NCBI GenBank assembly: GCA_034423235.1
Contig: DAOUIX010000186.1
Span: 1-59,966 of the forward strand
Direction: 5' to 3'
DNA from: Chloroflexota bacterium
GTDB lineage: Bacteria; Chloroflexota; UBA11872
Length of the DNA: 59,966 bases
This document shows, in pieces, positions 38,224 through 48,268 of this stretch (positions are counted from its first letter, which is position 1; every line of letters begins with the position of its first letter). Both the position numbers and the translations under genes were made by a program. A model generated the notes under the pieces. That model had not been told where the DNA came from. It saw nothing but the letters and a program-made list of their open reading frames with translations, and did not search any database.

Positions 38224-38976
38224 TTAGCCAAGCCAACGCTCCAGTCGTCGGTACACGCTGGGCAACGTGGCCTGCAGCACGATCGGAATCCGCATCCAGC
38301 CCGGAATCACGACGTCCGTCCGGTCGCGCGCAATGGCGCGAACGACCGCCCGCGCCATGCGTTCCGGCGGCATTGGCCGCGGCCACCCACGCTCGTAGGG
38401 CGCGCCGCGACGTTCGAAGAAAGACGTCTGAACAACGCCCGGTGTCACGACCGTCACACCTACGCCCGTCCCAGCCAATTCCGCGTCCAGGGCACGGCTA
38501 AAGACCGCCAACGCGCCCTTGGAGGCGCTGTAGACCGTCTCATTCGGCACGCCCAAGCATCCCGCAATCGAGGCTACGTTAACCACGCGACCGCGACCTC
38601 GCTGCCGCATGCCGGGCAGCACCGCCTTCGTCAACGAGATTGGAGCGCGCACGTTCACGGCGATCAGCCGTTCAATGTCCTCCGCGCTGTGCTGGGCCAG
38701 CGGTGCGAAGCGTCCAGACCCTGCGCAGTTGACCAGGATGTCCATCGGCGGAAGGTCGGGCAGCGCCTGTTCCACGAACTGCCGTAGCCCGCCGGCTGAT
38801 TCGAGGTCAACGCGCTGCACGGTGACGCCGCTGGATTCTGCCAGGGCCCCGAGTGCCGGCAGATCACGCCCGAGACCCACGACCTGAGCGCCCGACTCCA
38901 CCAAGTTGATGGCGACGGCGCGTCCGATCCCGCTGCTGGCGCCCGTAACGAGAGCGTTGGAGCCAGCGATCTCCAT
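38224..38976 (-). CDS. Short-chain dehydrogenase/reductase
   Basis: LVTGASSGIG, LVNCAG, NVASIAG, YSASK. Confidence 0.9.
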   Translation of the reverse strand: MEIAGSNALVTGASSGIGRAVAINLVESGAQVVGLGRDLPALGALAESSGVTVQRVDLESAGGLRQFVEQALPDLPPMDILVNCAGSGRFAPLAQHSAEDIERLIAVNVRAPISLTKAVLPGMRQRGRGRVVNVASIAGCLGVPNETVYSASKGALAVFSRALDAELAGTGVGVTVVTPGVVQTSFFERRGAPYERGWPRPMPPERMARAVVRAIARDRTDVVIPGWMRIPIVLQATLPSVYRRLERWLG

Positions 38977-39093
38977 GCCAGATAGACCATTCGCCACACG
39001 CGGGCCGGGGAGCGCTAGTATTGCGCGAATCCCCATGCAACGGGCAGTATCGATCAGCGCCCGCCGCTCGGGTGTTTGCAAAGGGGGATCGCA

Positions 39094-40959
39094 ATGGACC
39101 GCATACTCGACCGGATTGCGGATCCAGCGGATCTGCGCACCCTGACCGACGCGGAACTTGACCGCCTGGCCGGCGAGATTCGTCAGCTCATCATCGACAC
39201 CGTCGACGCCAACGGCGGGCACCTGGCCAGCAACCTCGGTGTCGTCGAGATCACCCTGGCGCTACACCGCGTGCTCGAGAGCCCCAGAGACAAGATCGTC
39301 TGGGACACCAGTAATCAAACCTACCCCCACAAGCTCGTTACCGGCCGGGCCACCGACTTTCCGACCCTGCGCAAGCCCGGCGGTCTGTCTGGGTTCGCCG
39401 CCCGTGAGGAAAGCGCCCACGATGTGATGGGAGCCGGGCACGCCGGCACGGGCGTATCCGCGGGCGTGGGTATCGCCGTGGCCAGCCAGTTGCGGGGCGA
39501 AGCGTCGTCCACCGTCGCCATCATCGGCGACGGGTCCTTCACCTCGGGCGTGGTGTTCGAAGCGCTGAACCAGGCCGGCGACCTCGGGCTGCCGTTCGTC
39601 GTTCTGCTGAACGACAACGGCATGTCCATCTCGCCAAACGTGGGCGCGTTGAGTCGCAACATGGGTCGCGGCCGCGAAACCTGGGAGCCGGACGACCCCG
39701 AGGCACGGACCCGCTTTACGGCCACCCAGATCGCGACCGAGCCGACCGAGCCCTACGCCAATGCGGCCGACTTCTGCGCGGCCTTCGGGTTCGAGTACGT
39801 GGGGCCGGTAGACGGGCATGATCGGCCAGAACTCGAAGACGTGATTCGCGACGCCGTGGCCCGGCGACGTCCGGTGCTGATCCACGCCTTTACCCGCAAG
39901 GGCAAGGGCCTGCCGGCGGCCGAAGCCGATCCGGTAACGCTGCACCAGCCCGGGACCGCCCAGGCGGTGGGCGCCGCCAACGCCACCAGCTACAGCAAGG
40001 TCTTGGCACGAACGCTCACAGACCTGGCCCGCGAGGACGACCGCATCGTGGCCATCAGCGCGGCCATGTGCGAGGGCACCGCGCTGGCCGACATGCAGCG
40101 GGAGCTTCCCGACCGTGTGTTTGACGTCGGCATCGCCGAGAGCCACGCCGTGGCCATGGCCGCCGGACTTGCCACGCAAGGGCTACGGCCCGTGGTCTGC
40201 ATATACAGCACGTTCCTGCAGCGGGCGTTCGACCAAATCGTGCACGACGTGGCCATCCAGAACCTTCCGGTGATCCTGGGCGTCGACCGCGCGGGAATCG
40301 TCGGCGACGACGGACGCACGCACCACGGGGTGCTGGACCTGGCCTATCTGCGCGCGATCCCCAACTTTGTCGTGGCCGCACCCAGAGACGAGGACGAACT
40401 GCGCCACTTGTTCCGCACGGCGGTGGCCAGCGACCGTCCGTTCGCCATCCGCTATTCGCGCGGCTCCGGCGTCGGCGTTCCCCTGCAGGGGCCCCCGCGC
40501 GTTCTGCCGATTGGTCGAGCCGAAATGCTGCGGGACGGTTCGGACATCGCGCTGCTCGCCATTGGCTGGGGCGTGGCGCCCGCACTGGAGGCCGCCGAGC
40601 GGCTGGAGCGCCTCGGCGTCCACGCCGCCGTCGTGAACACTCGCTTCGTCAAGCCGCTGGACCGCGAACTCATCTGCGAGCTTTCGGCCCGCACCCGTTG
40701 CGTGATCACGATTGAAGACCACAATCTCATGGGCGGGTTCGGAAGCGCGGTGGTGGAGATGCTGGCCGATAACGGCTTGGGCGACGTGCAGGTCCGGCGC
40801 GTCGCCATGCCGGACATGTTCCATGAGCACGGACCCGCCGACAGCATTCGATCCGCGCACGGCTTGAGCGCCTCCGGCATTGTGGATGCGGCCTGCGCTC
40901 TCACCGACCACGCCGTCGCTGTCCGGATCGACGCGGGACGCCTGATCGTCGGATCCTGA
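39094..40959 (+). CDS. dxs: 1-deoxy-D-xylulose-5-phosphate synthase
   Basis: GGHLASNLGVVE, IIGDGS...NDNGMSI, DVGIAESH, YSTFLQRAFDQ. Confidence 0.95.
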   Translation: MDRILDRIADPADLRTLTDAELDRLAGEIRQLIIDTVDANGGHLASNLGVVEITLALHRVLESPRDKIVWDTSNQTYPHKLVTGRATDFPTLRKPGGLSGFAAREESAHDVMGAGHAGTGVSAGVGIAVASQLRGEASSTVAIIGDGSFTSGVVFEALNQAGDLGLPFVVLLNDNGMSISPNVGALSRNMGRGRETWEPDDPEARTRFTATQIATEPTEPYANAADFCAAFGFEYVGPVDGHDRPELEDVIRDAVARRRPVLIHAFTRKGKGLPAAEADPVTLHQPGTAQAVGAANATSYSKVLARTLTDLAREDDRIVAISAAMCEGTALADMQRELPDRVFDVGIAESHAVAMAAGLATQGLRPVVCIYSTFLQRAFDQIVHDVAIQNLPVILGVDRAGIVGDDGRTHHGVLDLAYLRAIPNFVVAAPRDEDELRHLFRTAVASDRPFAIRYSRGSGVGVPLQGPPRVLPIGRAEMLRDGSDIALLAIGWGVAPALEAAERLERLGVHAAVVNTRFVKPLDRELICELSARTRCVITIEDHNLMGGFGSAVVEMLADNGLGDVQVRRVAMPDMFHEHGPADSIRSAHGLSASGIVDAACALTDHAVAVRIDAGRLIVGS

Positions 40960-40969
40960 GGCCCTGCCG

Positions 40970-42016
40970 CTGAACGCGCTGACGTCGGCCCCCGTCGCGG
41001 CGCCCGAGGTTCTTGGGCGCTATCGCGAGCGGATTGACGCCGAGCTCGAACGTGCGCTGCGCGGGCCCGACCTGCCGCTCTACACGATGGCGCGGTATCA
41101 CCTTGGCCAGGTTGACGCCGACGGCGCGCCCGCGACCATGCAACGGGGCAAGGCCATCCGTCCCACGCTCTGCCTTCTCATGTGCGAGGCGCTGGGGGGC
41201 GACCTGGATGCGGCGCTCCCGGCGGCGGCCGGGCTGGAACTCCTGCACAACTTCACGCTGGTCCACGACGACGTGATGGACGATGACCGGGTCCGGCACC
41301 ACCGTCCGACGGTCTGGGCGTTGTGGGGACGCTCCCAAGCCATTGATGCCGGCGACCTGCTGCACGTGCTGGCAACGCTAAGCGTGCTGCGCAGCGGGGG
41401 CGGCGGCGCGTCGCCCGCGCTGGCCAAGGACGCAACCGAAGTCATGATGCAGGGATGCCGGCTGGTAACGGAAGGCCAGCATCTGGACATCGCGTTCGAG
41501 ACGGCCGCGGACGTTAGCGTGCCCGACTACCTGGACATGATTTCGCGCAAATCGGCGGCGCTGCTCGCGGTGGCGTTCGAACTCGGCGCCATCTTTGCCG
41601 GCAACGACCCGGCCACGCGCGAGGCCTGCCGCGCATACGGCAGGGAACTCGGAATCATGTTTCAGATTCGCGACGACGCGCTGGGGATCTGGGGGGACTC
41701 AGCGGTGACCGGAAAGCCGGTGGGCGCCGATATCCGAAAACGCAAGAAGACTCTGCCGATCATCCACGCGCTGGCGGCCGCTTCCAAACCCGACCGGACG
41801 CGGTTGCGCGCGATGTTCGGCAGCAACGACGGCTCGCCTGATGTTGAGACCACCGTGGCGATTCTGACGCGGGCCGGGTCTCGACCTTTCACCGAGCAGC
41901 GGATTTCGGTCCATGCGCAACAAGCAGCCACCGTGCTGGCCAACCTGCCCGTGAGCCCGTGGGGTCGCCGAAATCTGGGCGCGGTCACCACCTACATCGG
42001 CACGCGCGACCGGTAG
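40970..42016 (+). CDS. Polyprenyl (FPP/GGPP) synthase
   Basis: GKAIRP, LVHDDVMDDD (FARM), EGQHLD, FQIRDD, GKPVGADIRKRKKTLP; frame is open upstream of ATG 41087, so the start (CTG ~40964/40970 after GAGG) is uncertain. Confidence 0.9.
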   Translation: MNALTSAPVAAPEVLGRYRERIDAELERALRGPDLPLYTMARYHLGQVDADGAPATMQRGKAIRPTLCLLMCEALGGDLDAALPAAAGLELLHNFTLVHDDVMDDDRVRHHRPTVWALWGRSQAIDAGDLLHVLATLSVLRSGGGGASPALAKDATEVMMQGCRLVTEGQHLDIAFETAADVSVPDYLDMISRKSAALLAVAFELGAIFAGNDPATREACRAYGRELGIMFQIRDDALGIWGDSAVTGKPVGADIRKRKKTLPIIHALAAASKPDRTRLRAMFGSNDGSPDVETTVAILTRAGSRPFTEQRISVHAQQAATVLANLPVSPWGRRNLGAVTTYIGTRDR

Positions 42017-42052
42017 CCCGGCCCTGAACTCAGGTATCGAGGGCCTGAGGCC

Positions 42053-43372
42053 CTAGCGTCCCGCGCCCACCGCCAACGGTGTGGGCGTCTTGCGCGAGGC
42101 TTCCTGGTACAGCTCAATCAAGGCTGCCGCCAAGCTCTCGGAATCGTGATGCCGTGGATCGTTGTGGTCTACCACGTCGGCCATTACGGCCTGCACGCCG
42201 GTTTCCAGCAGTTCGACCTGTACCGCTGGATCACATTCGACCAGTCGCGACCCGCTGCCCGGCTGCACGCCCAAGCGAGTGTTGCTGTTGACCAGCGTGT
42301 ACTGAAAGAGATCCGAGCCGACGTGTGACGTAAGCGACGCCACATGATCGGTAAGGCTATACCCGTCCGTCTCGCCGGGCTCCGTGGCCACGTTGCAGAC
42401 ATACACCTTGACGGCGCTGGAGGCTCGCACCGCCGTTGCGATATCGCCGACCAGCAGATTGGGAACCACGCTGGTATGAACGCTGCCCGGCCCCAGCACG
42501 ATCATGTCGGCGGCCAGCAATTCCTTCACCGCCTCGTCGTTGGCCGCGGCATAGCGGGGCTCGATCAGCACTCGGGCGATCGGCTTGCCCGACGATCGGA
42601 TACGGGATTCGCCGCGCACGATCGAGCCGTCCGTCATCTGCGCGGCCAGCCGCACGTCCGTGAGGGTGGACGGCAGGATGCGCCCACGCACGCGCAGAAC
42701 CTCGCTCAAGTCATTGACGCCGCGCTCGAAGTTGCCCTGGTTCAGATCCGTCATGGCGGCAATCAGCAGGTTGCCGAGGCTGTGTCCCTGCAACCCCTGC
42801 CCACGGCTGAAGCGATACTCCATCACGTCCTGCATCAGGGACTCGGAATCGGCCAGCGCGGCCAGGCACTGCCGAATGTCGCCGGGCGGCATGAGCCCCA
42901 ACTCCTCGCGCAGCCGCCCCGAACTGCCGCCGTCATCCGCCACCGTCACCACGGCGGTGATGTTGTTGGTGTGCTCCTTCAGCCCGCGCAGCAGCACGCC
43001 GAGCCCGGTGCCCCCGCCAATGGCCACCACGCGCGGCCCACGCTGCAACCGTCGACTCTGATAGAGAACTTCAGCCAGGTTGTCCTGCGGGTCCACGACG
43101 ACCGACAACACGCTGCGCCCCAGCAAGAATGCGCCGGCTGCCGCAATCAGCAGTCCCAACGTGCCCACCGTGAGTTCACGCACGGGGTGAGCAAGAAACT
43201 GCAGGGTCAGGTAATACACCACGGTGCCCGCCGGCCCCGGGATGTCGATGGTGCGGTAGACGAAGGCCAGGAACATGGCCATGGCCAGCGCCAGGACCAC
43301 CGTCCCCAGAAAGATCAGCAGCAGATAGCGTTTTACGCCGATCCCGAGCGTCAGCCAGCGACGAGAGCGCAT
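42053..43372 (-). CDS. yvcK: YvcK/GlmR (UPF0052) gluconeogenesis/cell-wall factor with N-terminal TM region
   Basis: IGGGTGL, VTVADDGGSSGRLR, PPGDIR, GHSLGNL, LGPGSVHTSVVPNL. Confidence 0.92.
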   Translation of the reverse strand: MRSRRWLTLGIGVKRYLLLIFLGTVVLALAMAMFLAFVYRTIDIPGPAGTVVYYLTLQFLAHPVRELTVGTLGLLIAAAGAFLLGRSVLSVVVDPQDNLAEVLYQSRRLQRGPRVVAIGGGTGLGVLLRGLKEHTNNITAVVTVADDGGSSGRLREELGLMPPGDIRQCLAALADSESLMQDVMEYRFSRGQGLQGHSLGNLLIAAMTDLNQGNFERGVNDLSEVLRVRGRILPSTLTDVRLAAQMTDGSIVRGESRIRSSGKPIARVLIEPRYAAANDEAVKELLAADMIVLGPGSVHTSVVPNLLVGDIATAVRASSAVKVYVCNVATEPGETDGYSLTDHVASLTSHVGSDLFQYTLVNSNTRLGVQPGSGSRLVECDPAVQVELLETGVQAVMADVVDHNDPRHHDSESLAAALIELYQEASRKTPTPLAVGAGR

Positions 43373-43517
43373 CTACAAGCCTTCGCGGCCGTTATCCGTG
43401 CCAAGATTGATCCGCTGCCTCCGCGGATCGCGCCATGAGCCAAGCACATGATTGAAGCCATACGGCATTGGCCGAGAGTATATCTTCGCGCCCCTACTCG
43501 CGCGTGGGTGGGGCGCT

Positions 43518-44336
43518 GTGCCTGAGCCTGCGGACATCCGCGTGATTGCCATGGACCTGGACGGCACCCTGGTCAAGGGCAGCTCCGGTATCACCCCGCG
43601 CGTCCGCGAGACGATCGCCGCCGCGCGGGACGCGGGAATCGAGATCACCATCGCCACGGGCCGCATGTTCAGGTCGGCGCGCCGCTTTGCCGACGACCTG
43701 CAGGTCAACCTCCCGATCATCTGCTACCAGGGATCGCTGGTGCGGGATCCGGTGACCGGCGTCACGCATCGGCACGACGTCCTGCCAACCGGGCCGGCCC
43801 AGGCGGCGGTGACGTTTGCCCGCCGCCACGAGATCCACGTCAACGCCTACATCGATGACGAGTTGTACATGGAAGCCGACACCCCGGAGGGCCGCTTCTA
43901 CGCCGCCAGTTCAAACGTGCCGATTACGTTCGTTGACGATCTGGTCGAGGCTGTGGCCGCGGGCAGCACCAAGCTGGTATTCGTCATGGACGAGGACCGC
44001 GTGCTGGAGACCATCGCCGCCATGGACGGCCGATTTGGACCGACCGTTCAGGCGACTCGTTCGCACCCGCGCTTTGCGGAAGTGGTGCGGCGAGACGTGA
44101 ACAAGGGCCGTGCGCTGGCGATCGTGGCTGACGCGGCGAACGTGCCGCTTGAGCAGACCATGGGCATCGGCGACAACCTCAACGACCTGGATCTGGTGCG
44201 GGCGGCGGGCATTGGCGTGGCCATGGCCGACGGTGATCCACGCGTGCTGGCGGCCGCTGACTGGATCACCGGAACCTATGAAGACGACGGCGTGGCCCAA
44301 GCCATCGACCGGCTGCTGAACCGATCGGCCGCCTAG
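43518..44336 (+). CDS. Cof-type HAD-IIB hydrolase
   Basis: DLDGTL, IATGR, VNKG, GIGDNLND..GIGVAM, DDGVAQAI; start may be 43452. Confidence 0.92.
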   Translation: MPEPADIRVIAMDLDGTLVKGSSGITPRVRETIAAARDAGIEITIATGRMFRSARRFADDLQVNLPIICYQGSLVRDPVTGVTHRHDVLPTGPAQAAVTFARRHEIHVNAYIDDELYMEADTPEGRFYAASSNVPITFVDDLVEAVAAGSTKLVFVMDEDRVLETIAAMDGRFGPTVQATRSHPRFAEVVRRDVNKGRALAIVADAANVPLEQTMGIGDNLNDLDLVRAAGIGVAMADGDPRVLAAADWITGTYEDDGVAQAIDRLLNRSAA

Positions 44337-44364
44337 GCCGCCGCGCGACTGACGACCGCCGGCA

Positions 44365-46551
44365 TCACACCAGGGGCGATAGCAGGGAATCGGCCTCTTG
44401 TTCGGCGGTGTCGGACGGCGGCACCAGCGGCAGGTCAATGATCATCTCTGTGCCCTCGCCTTCCTCCACCTCCACCCGGATGTTGCCGCCGTGCTGGCGG
44501 ACGATATCGCTACACATGGCCAGCCCAAGCCCGGTGCCCTGGCCCGTGGGCTTGGTCGTGAAGAAGGGGTTGAAGATCTTTTCAACAACGTCCGGCGGCA
44601 TGCCGCCGCCGTTGTCCCGAATGCGCACTTCCACGTGATCCTCATGGCGTCGGCTCGCCAGCCACACCATGGGCATGAACGGCCCGTCGCCCTCGCCCGG
44701 CGTGGACGCTTGCCGTCGTTCGTCGGTGGCGTAACAGGAATTGGCCACCATGTTCAGGAAAACGCGGCCCAGGTCCTGGGACACCACATTGAGTTCACCA
44801 ACAGCATCGTCAAAGTCCCGCTCGATACTGAGTTGAAAGTTCTGATCGGTGCCCCGTGCGCTGTGGTACGCCAACCGAGTGTATTCGTCGACCAGCTGGT
44901 TGATATCGGTGGGCGATCGATCGCCCGAGCCTCGGCCCATCGACAGCATGTCTTGCACGATCCGGTTGGCGCGGTCGCCGTGTGATCGAATGCGCGCAAG
45001 GTTGTCGGTCAGGTCCTGCGAGACTTCCTCGATGATTTCGCGGTCAGCCTCGGCCAGACTGTCCCCGCTCTCCTCCAAGACCTCCTGCATCTCCTCCAGC
45101 AACTCTTCGGAAGCTTCCGCAAAGTTCTTTACGAAATTCAGGGGGTTGCGTATTTCGTGGGCCACGCCGGCAGTCAATTCACCCAGGGCCGCCAGCTTCT
45201 CGCGCATCACAATCTGGTCCTGCGCCTTTTGCAGGTCGCCCAGCACGCTCTCCAACTGCTCGTTCTTGTCCTGCAACTCGGTGGCCAGCTTCTCCACCAG
45301 GTTCAGGCGCTGAACCTCCAGCGCGTGCCGCCGAAAGACCTCCAGCGCCGCGGCCATGTCCGCCACCTCGTCGCGGCCGCTCATTTCGACGCGGGTCTCC
45401 AAATCGCCGCCGGCCATGCGGAGCATCCAGTCGGACAGCATCTGCAGCCGGCGCAGGAGGAAGCGTCCGACAAACAGCCAGGCGATCAGCAAAGCGCCGC
45501 CAACGCTGACCGCACCGATGATCAGCAGCAGGAACCGTCCGGTGGCGATCGTGTCGGTCGAGCTTTCCGTGGCCTCATCGGCGCTGGCGCGCGCCGCGCT
45601 CACCAGCCCGTCCACCTCGGCCAGCAACTCAACCGCCTGCGCGCGGTTGCCAGCCAGCAATTCCTGTTGGCGCTCCAGCAGTGTGAGCTCCTGCTCCAGC
45701 ACATCAAAGCCGCTGGGATCGCCCGTGCCAACCTCGAAGAGTCGGTCGAACAAGGGGGCCAGGTCGGCGTGGATCGGGGAATCGGCCAGCCCGTCGAGAT
45801 TACGCTGGATGCGTCGACCAGACGCCTCGAACCGCTCGCGCAGCGGCTCGATCAGCGACGGGCTGGAAAGCGTGAACGCGCTGGCCAGCAGTTGCGTCGC
45901 GATGTTGACGTCCGACTGCAGCTCCGCCAGGCGTCGGTAGCGGTTGAGCTCGGGCTCGGAGAAATACACCTGGCGGATCGGCGGAAGTTCCTCGATCGTC
46001 CGGTACCCCGTCATCGTGAAGAACAACTGGTCGTCGAGCGCGGGCACGATCACGCCCTCCAGGTTGCTCCGCAGATCCTCAAGCTCCGTTCGCAGCGCCT
46101 GCCGGCGCTCGTCCAGCTCGAAGATCTCGAACCGCTCGCGCCTGATCCTGTCAATGTTCGAGAGCAGCGTGTCGGCGAAACGTCGAAGCCGTTGGGTGCG
46201 CTCCGGGTCACCGGTGCTGCGATTCAGGACGGTAAACAGAACCTCGAGATCCTGGCGTGAACTCTCAATGCTCTGGGCGATCTCGTTCACTTCGTCCACG
46301 CTGGCGGCCGCCGCCAGGCGCGGCGCGGCCGCCACCAGCGTGCTGCTGTACTCGGCCACGCCAAAGGCCGCGGCCAATTCGGGCACGCTGCCCTCGTTGA
46401 CCCGGCTCTGCGCCTCGCCCACCCGCGTAAACGACGCCAGGCCGACGACGCTGGCGGCAATGGTCAGCGCAACGGCGCCGCCAATGCCGAGGTAGAGCTG
46501 CGTCGAGAGGCGATACCGCGCCTCCAGCAACTGCTTGAGTCGGTCCAGCAT
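44365..46551 (-). CDS. Membrane sensor histidine kinase (large periplasmic helical sensor, HAMP, HisKA, HATPase)
   Basis: Two TMs, HAMP, AHEIRNPL, DNGGG, FNPFFTTK, GTGLGL; sensor layout resembles TorS. Confidence 0.92.
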   Translation of the reverse strand: MLDRLKQLLEARYRLSTQLYLGIGGAVALTIAASVVGLASFTRVGEAQSRVNEGSVPELAAAFGVAEYSSTLVAAAPRLAAAASVDEVNEIAQSIESSRQDLEVLFTVLNRSTGDPERTQRLRRFADTLLSNIDRIRRERFEIFELDERRQALRTELEDLRSNLEGVIVPALDDQLFFTMTGYRTIEELPPIRQVYFSEPELNRYRRLAELQSDVNIATQLLASAFTLSSPSLIEPLRERFEASGRRIQRNLDGLADSPIHADLAPLFDRLFEVGTGDPSGFDVLEQELTLLERQQELLAGNRAQAVELLAEVDGLVSAARASADEATESSTDTIATGRFLLLIIGAVSVGGALLIAWLFVGRFLLRRLQMLSDWMLRMAGGDLETRVEMSGRDEVADMAAALEVFRRHALEVQRLNLVEKLATELQDKNEQLESVLGDLQKAQDQIVMREKLAALGELTAGVAHEIRNPLNFVKNFAEASEELLEEMQEVLEESGDSLAEADREIIEEVSQDLTDNLARIRSHGDRANRIVQDMLSMGRGSGDRSPTDINQLVDEYTRLAYHSARGTDQNFQLSIERDFDDAVGELNVVSQDLGRVFLNMVANSCYATDERRQASTPGEGDGPFMPMVWLASRRHEDHVEVRIRDNGGGMPPDVVEKIFNPFFTTKPTGQGTGLGLAMCSDIVRQHGGNIRVEVEEGEGTEMIIDLPLVPPSDTAEQEADSLLSPLV

Positions 46552-46553
46552 GC

Positions 46554-47849
46554 TTACGAACTCGACAATCTGGTAACGGCGCGGTAGCGACCGTCCGCGC
46601 CGATGACCGATAGAAACACCGCGTCGGATCCCTGGTTGTCGGCCTCGCCGTAGTGAAGGCTGAACCCATCAATCTCCTCGGCGCTGCGCAAGCTGGTCAG
46701 AAAGCAGGCACGGCTCAACGCTCGTCCGCACCGCTCCAGTCCCAGGATGGTCAGGCGGCCGGCCAGATAGCCTTCAAACGAGACAAAGCCCGGAACGGCG
46801 TCGGGCTGGTGGGCGGCCAGCGCACGATGGTAGGCCTGCACCACGGGCAGCGACGTGTCCGTGGGGAAGGGCACAACCTGGGTAACAAACACCCCGGCGC
46901 CTTCCGGCCCCAGTTCCTGGGCCAGCGCATTGCTGCCGACAAACGAGATGGTCATGAACACGGGAATGAACCCCAGGTGCCGCGACCACGCCACCAAGGC
47001 GGCCACGGGTTCATAGGCGCCAACCATAATCACGGCTTCCGGCTGTCCCTCGCGCAGGTCCAGCAGCGCGGTCTTCACGGCCGTGGTGTTGCGCGGATAC
47101 ACGCCAACCGCCGCCAAGGTCATGCCCCGCCGCTCCAGGGCAGCCTGCACACCGTTGTAGCCGGCCCGCCCGTAGGAATCGTCCTGGTACAGCAAGGCGA
47201 TTCGCGTGATGCCCAGGTCGTTAGTCAGGCGATCCACCATTTCCTCGGTTTCCTGGTTGTAGGAGGCCCGAAGGTTGATCACCACGTCGTGCAGATCCTC
47301 TCCGCGCAGGAACGCAGCCCCGGTGAAGGGGGCCAAATAGGGCGTATTGGCCTCGACCGCAACCGGCACGGCGGAACGAGAGGTCGGCGTACCCACGGCG
47401 CCAATCAGCGCAAATACGTTCTCCTGCTCAATCAGCTGCTTGGTATTGGCAATGGCGGCCTCGGGTTCGTAGGCATCGTCGAGCGTTGTGAGTTCCAGGC
47501 GCCGGCCATGCACGCCGCCGCGTTCATTCGCTTCCTGGAACGCGGCCCTGATCCCGAGCCGCATGTTCTCGCCCAACTCGCTGGCGGGACCGCTGAACGC
47601 GGCGGACTGTCCAAACAGCACGAGCTCGGCGGACACGCCAGGCGCTTCGGCAGTCGTCGCCGGGCTCGCGACCGCGACGGGTTCCGCCGTCGCCGTGGTC
47701 GCGGTCGCGGTCGCGGTCCGTTGACTCTCGATGCCCTCAGTCCCATTGCCGGAGGCAAGCACAGCCCACAGCGCGATGCCGAGGGCGCCAAGTCCCCCGA
47801 CCCCAAGCGCAATCAGCCACGCCCTGGGCACGGGAGCAAACCGTGTCAT
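46554..47849 (-). CDS. Type I periplasmic (LivK-like) ligand-binding protein, N-terminally anchored
   Basis: FGQSAAFSGPASELG, GGVHGRRLEL..LDDAYEP, GAVGTPTS, NLRASY, SFEGY. Confidence 0.88.
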   Translation of the reverse strand: MTRFAPVPRAWLIALGVGGLGALGIALWAVLASGNGTEGIESQRTATATATTATAEPVAVASPATTAEAPGVSAELVLFGQSAAFSGPASELGENMRLGIRAAFQEANERGGVHGRRLELTTLDDAYEPEAAIANTKQLIEQENVFALIGAVGTPTSRSAVPVAVEANTPYLAPFTGAAFLRGEDLHDVVINLRASYNQETEEMVDRLTNDLGITRIALLYQDDSYGRAGYNGVQAALERRGMTLAAVGVYPRNTTAVKTALLDLREGQPEAVIMVGAYEPVAALVAWSRHLGFIPVFMTISFVGSNALAQELGPEGAGVFVTQVVPFPTDTSLPVVQAYHRALAAHQPDAVPGFVSFEGYLAGRLTILGLERCGRALSRACFLTSLRSAEEIDGFSLHYGEADNQGSDAVFLSVIGADGRYRAVTRLSSS

Positions 47850-48268
47850 TCAGCTCGATAGGCGACGAGCGTCAGGTGGTTGCGGCCTTCGTCCCGCCGA
47901 TAGGTCAATTCGTCCATCAGCTTGCGTACCAGGAACACGCCCAACCCGCCAATCGGTCGTTCATCCATCGGCGCGTTGACATCCGGAACGGGAGCGTCGG
48001 TCAGTGGGTCGAACGGCTTGCCGTCGTCCACCATTTCGATCGTCAATGCCTCCTCGGTTGAGCTGAACGTGAACGAGATCTCGTGCAGCCCGCCGTCATG
48101 GCCGTGGTTGATCGTGTTGATTGCCAGTTCTTCCAGCACCAGGTTGACCTTGCCAACCAGCGCCAGCGACCACTCGTCCTCTTCGCCCAGCTTCTCCACG
48201 GCCTCGGCTAGCCGGGTCAACTCGTCCAGCCTGGTTTCGATCGTCAGGGTGCGCGTCAGGCTCATCAC
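47846..48268 (-). CDS. RsbW/SpoIIAB-like anti-sigma factor Ser kinase
   Basis: LVLEELAINTINHG, VDDGKPFDP, GGLGVFLV. Confidence 0.9.
   Translation of the reverse strand: MMSLTRTLTIETRLDELTRLAEAVEKLGEEDEWSLALVGKVNLVLEELAINTINHGHDGGLHEISFTFSSTEEALTIEMVDDGKPFDPLTDAPVPDVNAPMDERPIGGLGVFLVRKLMDELTYRRDEGRNHLTLVAYRAE

Noticed and set aside
47690-47720. GCGGTC short tandem repeat
   Set aside because: Encodes the Thr-Ala linker (TATATAT) of the binding protein
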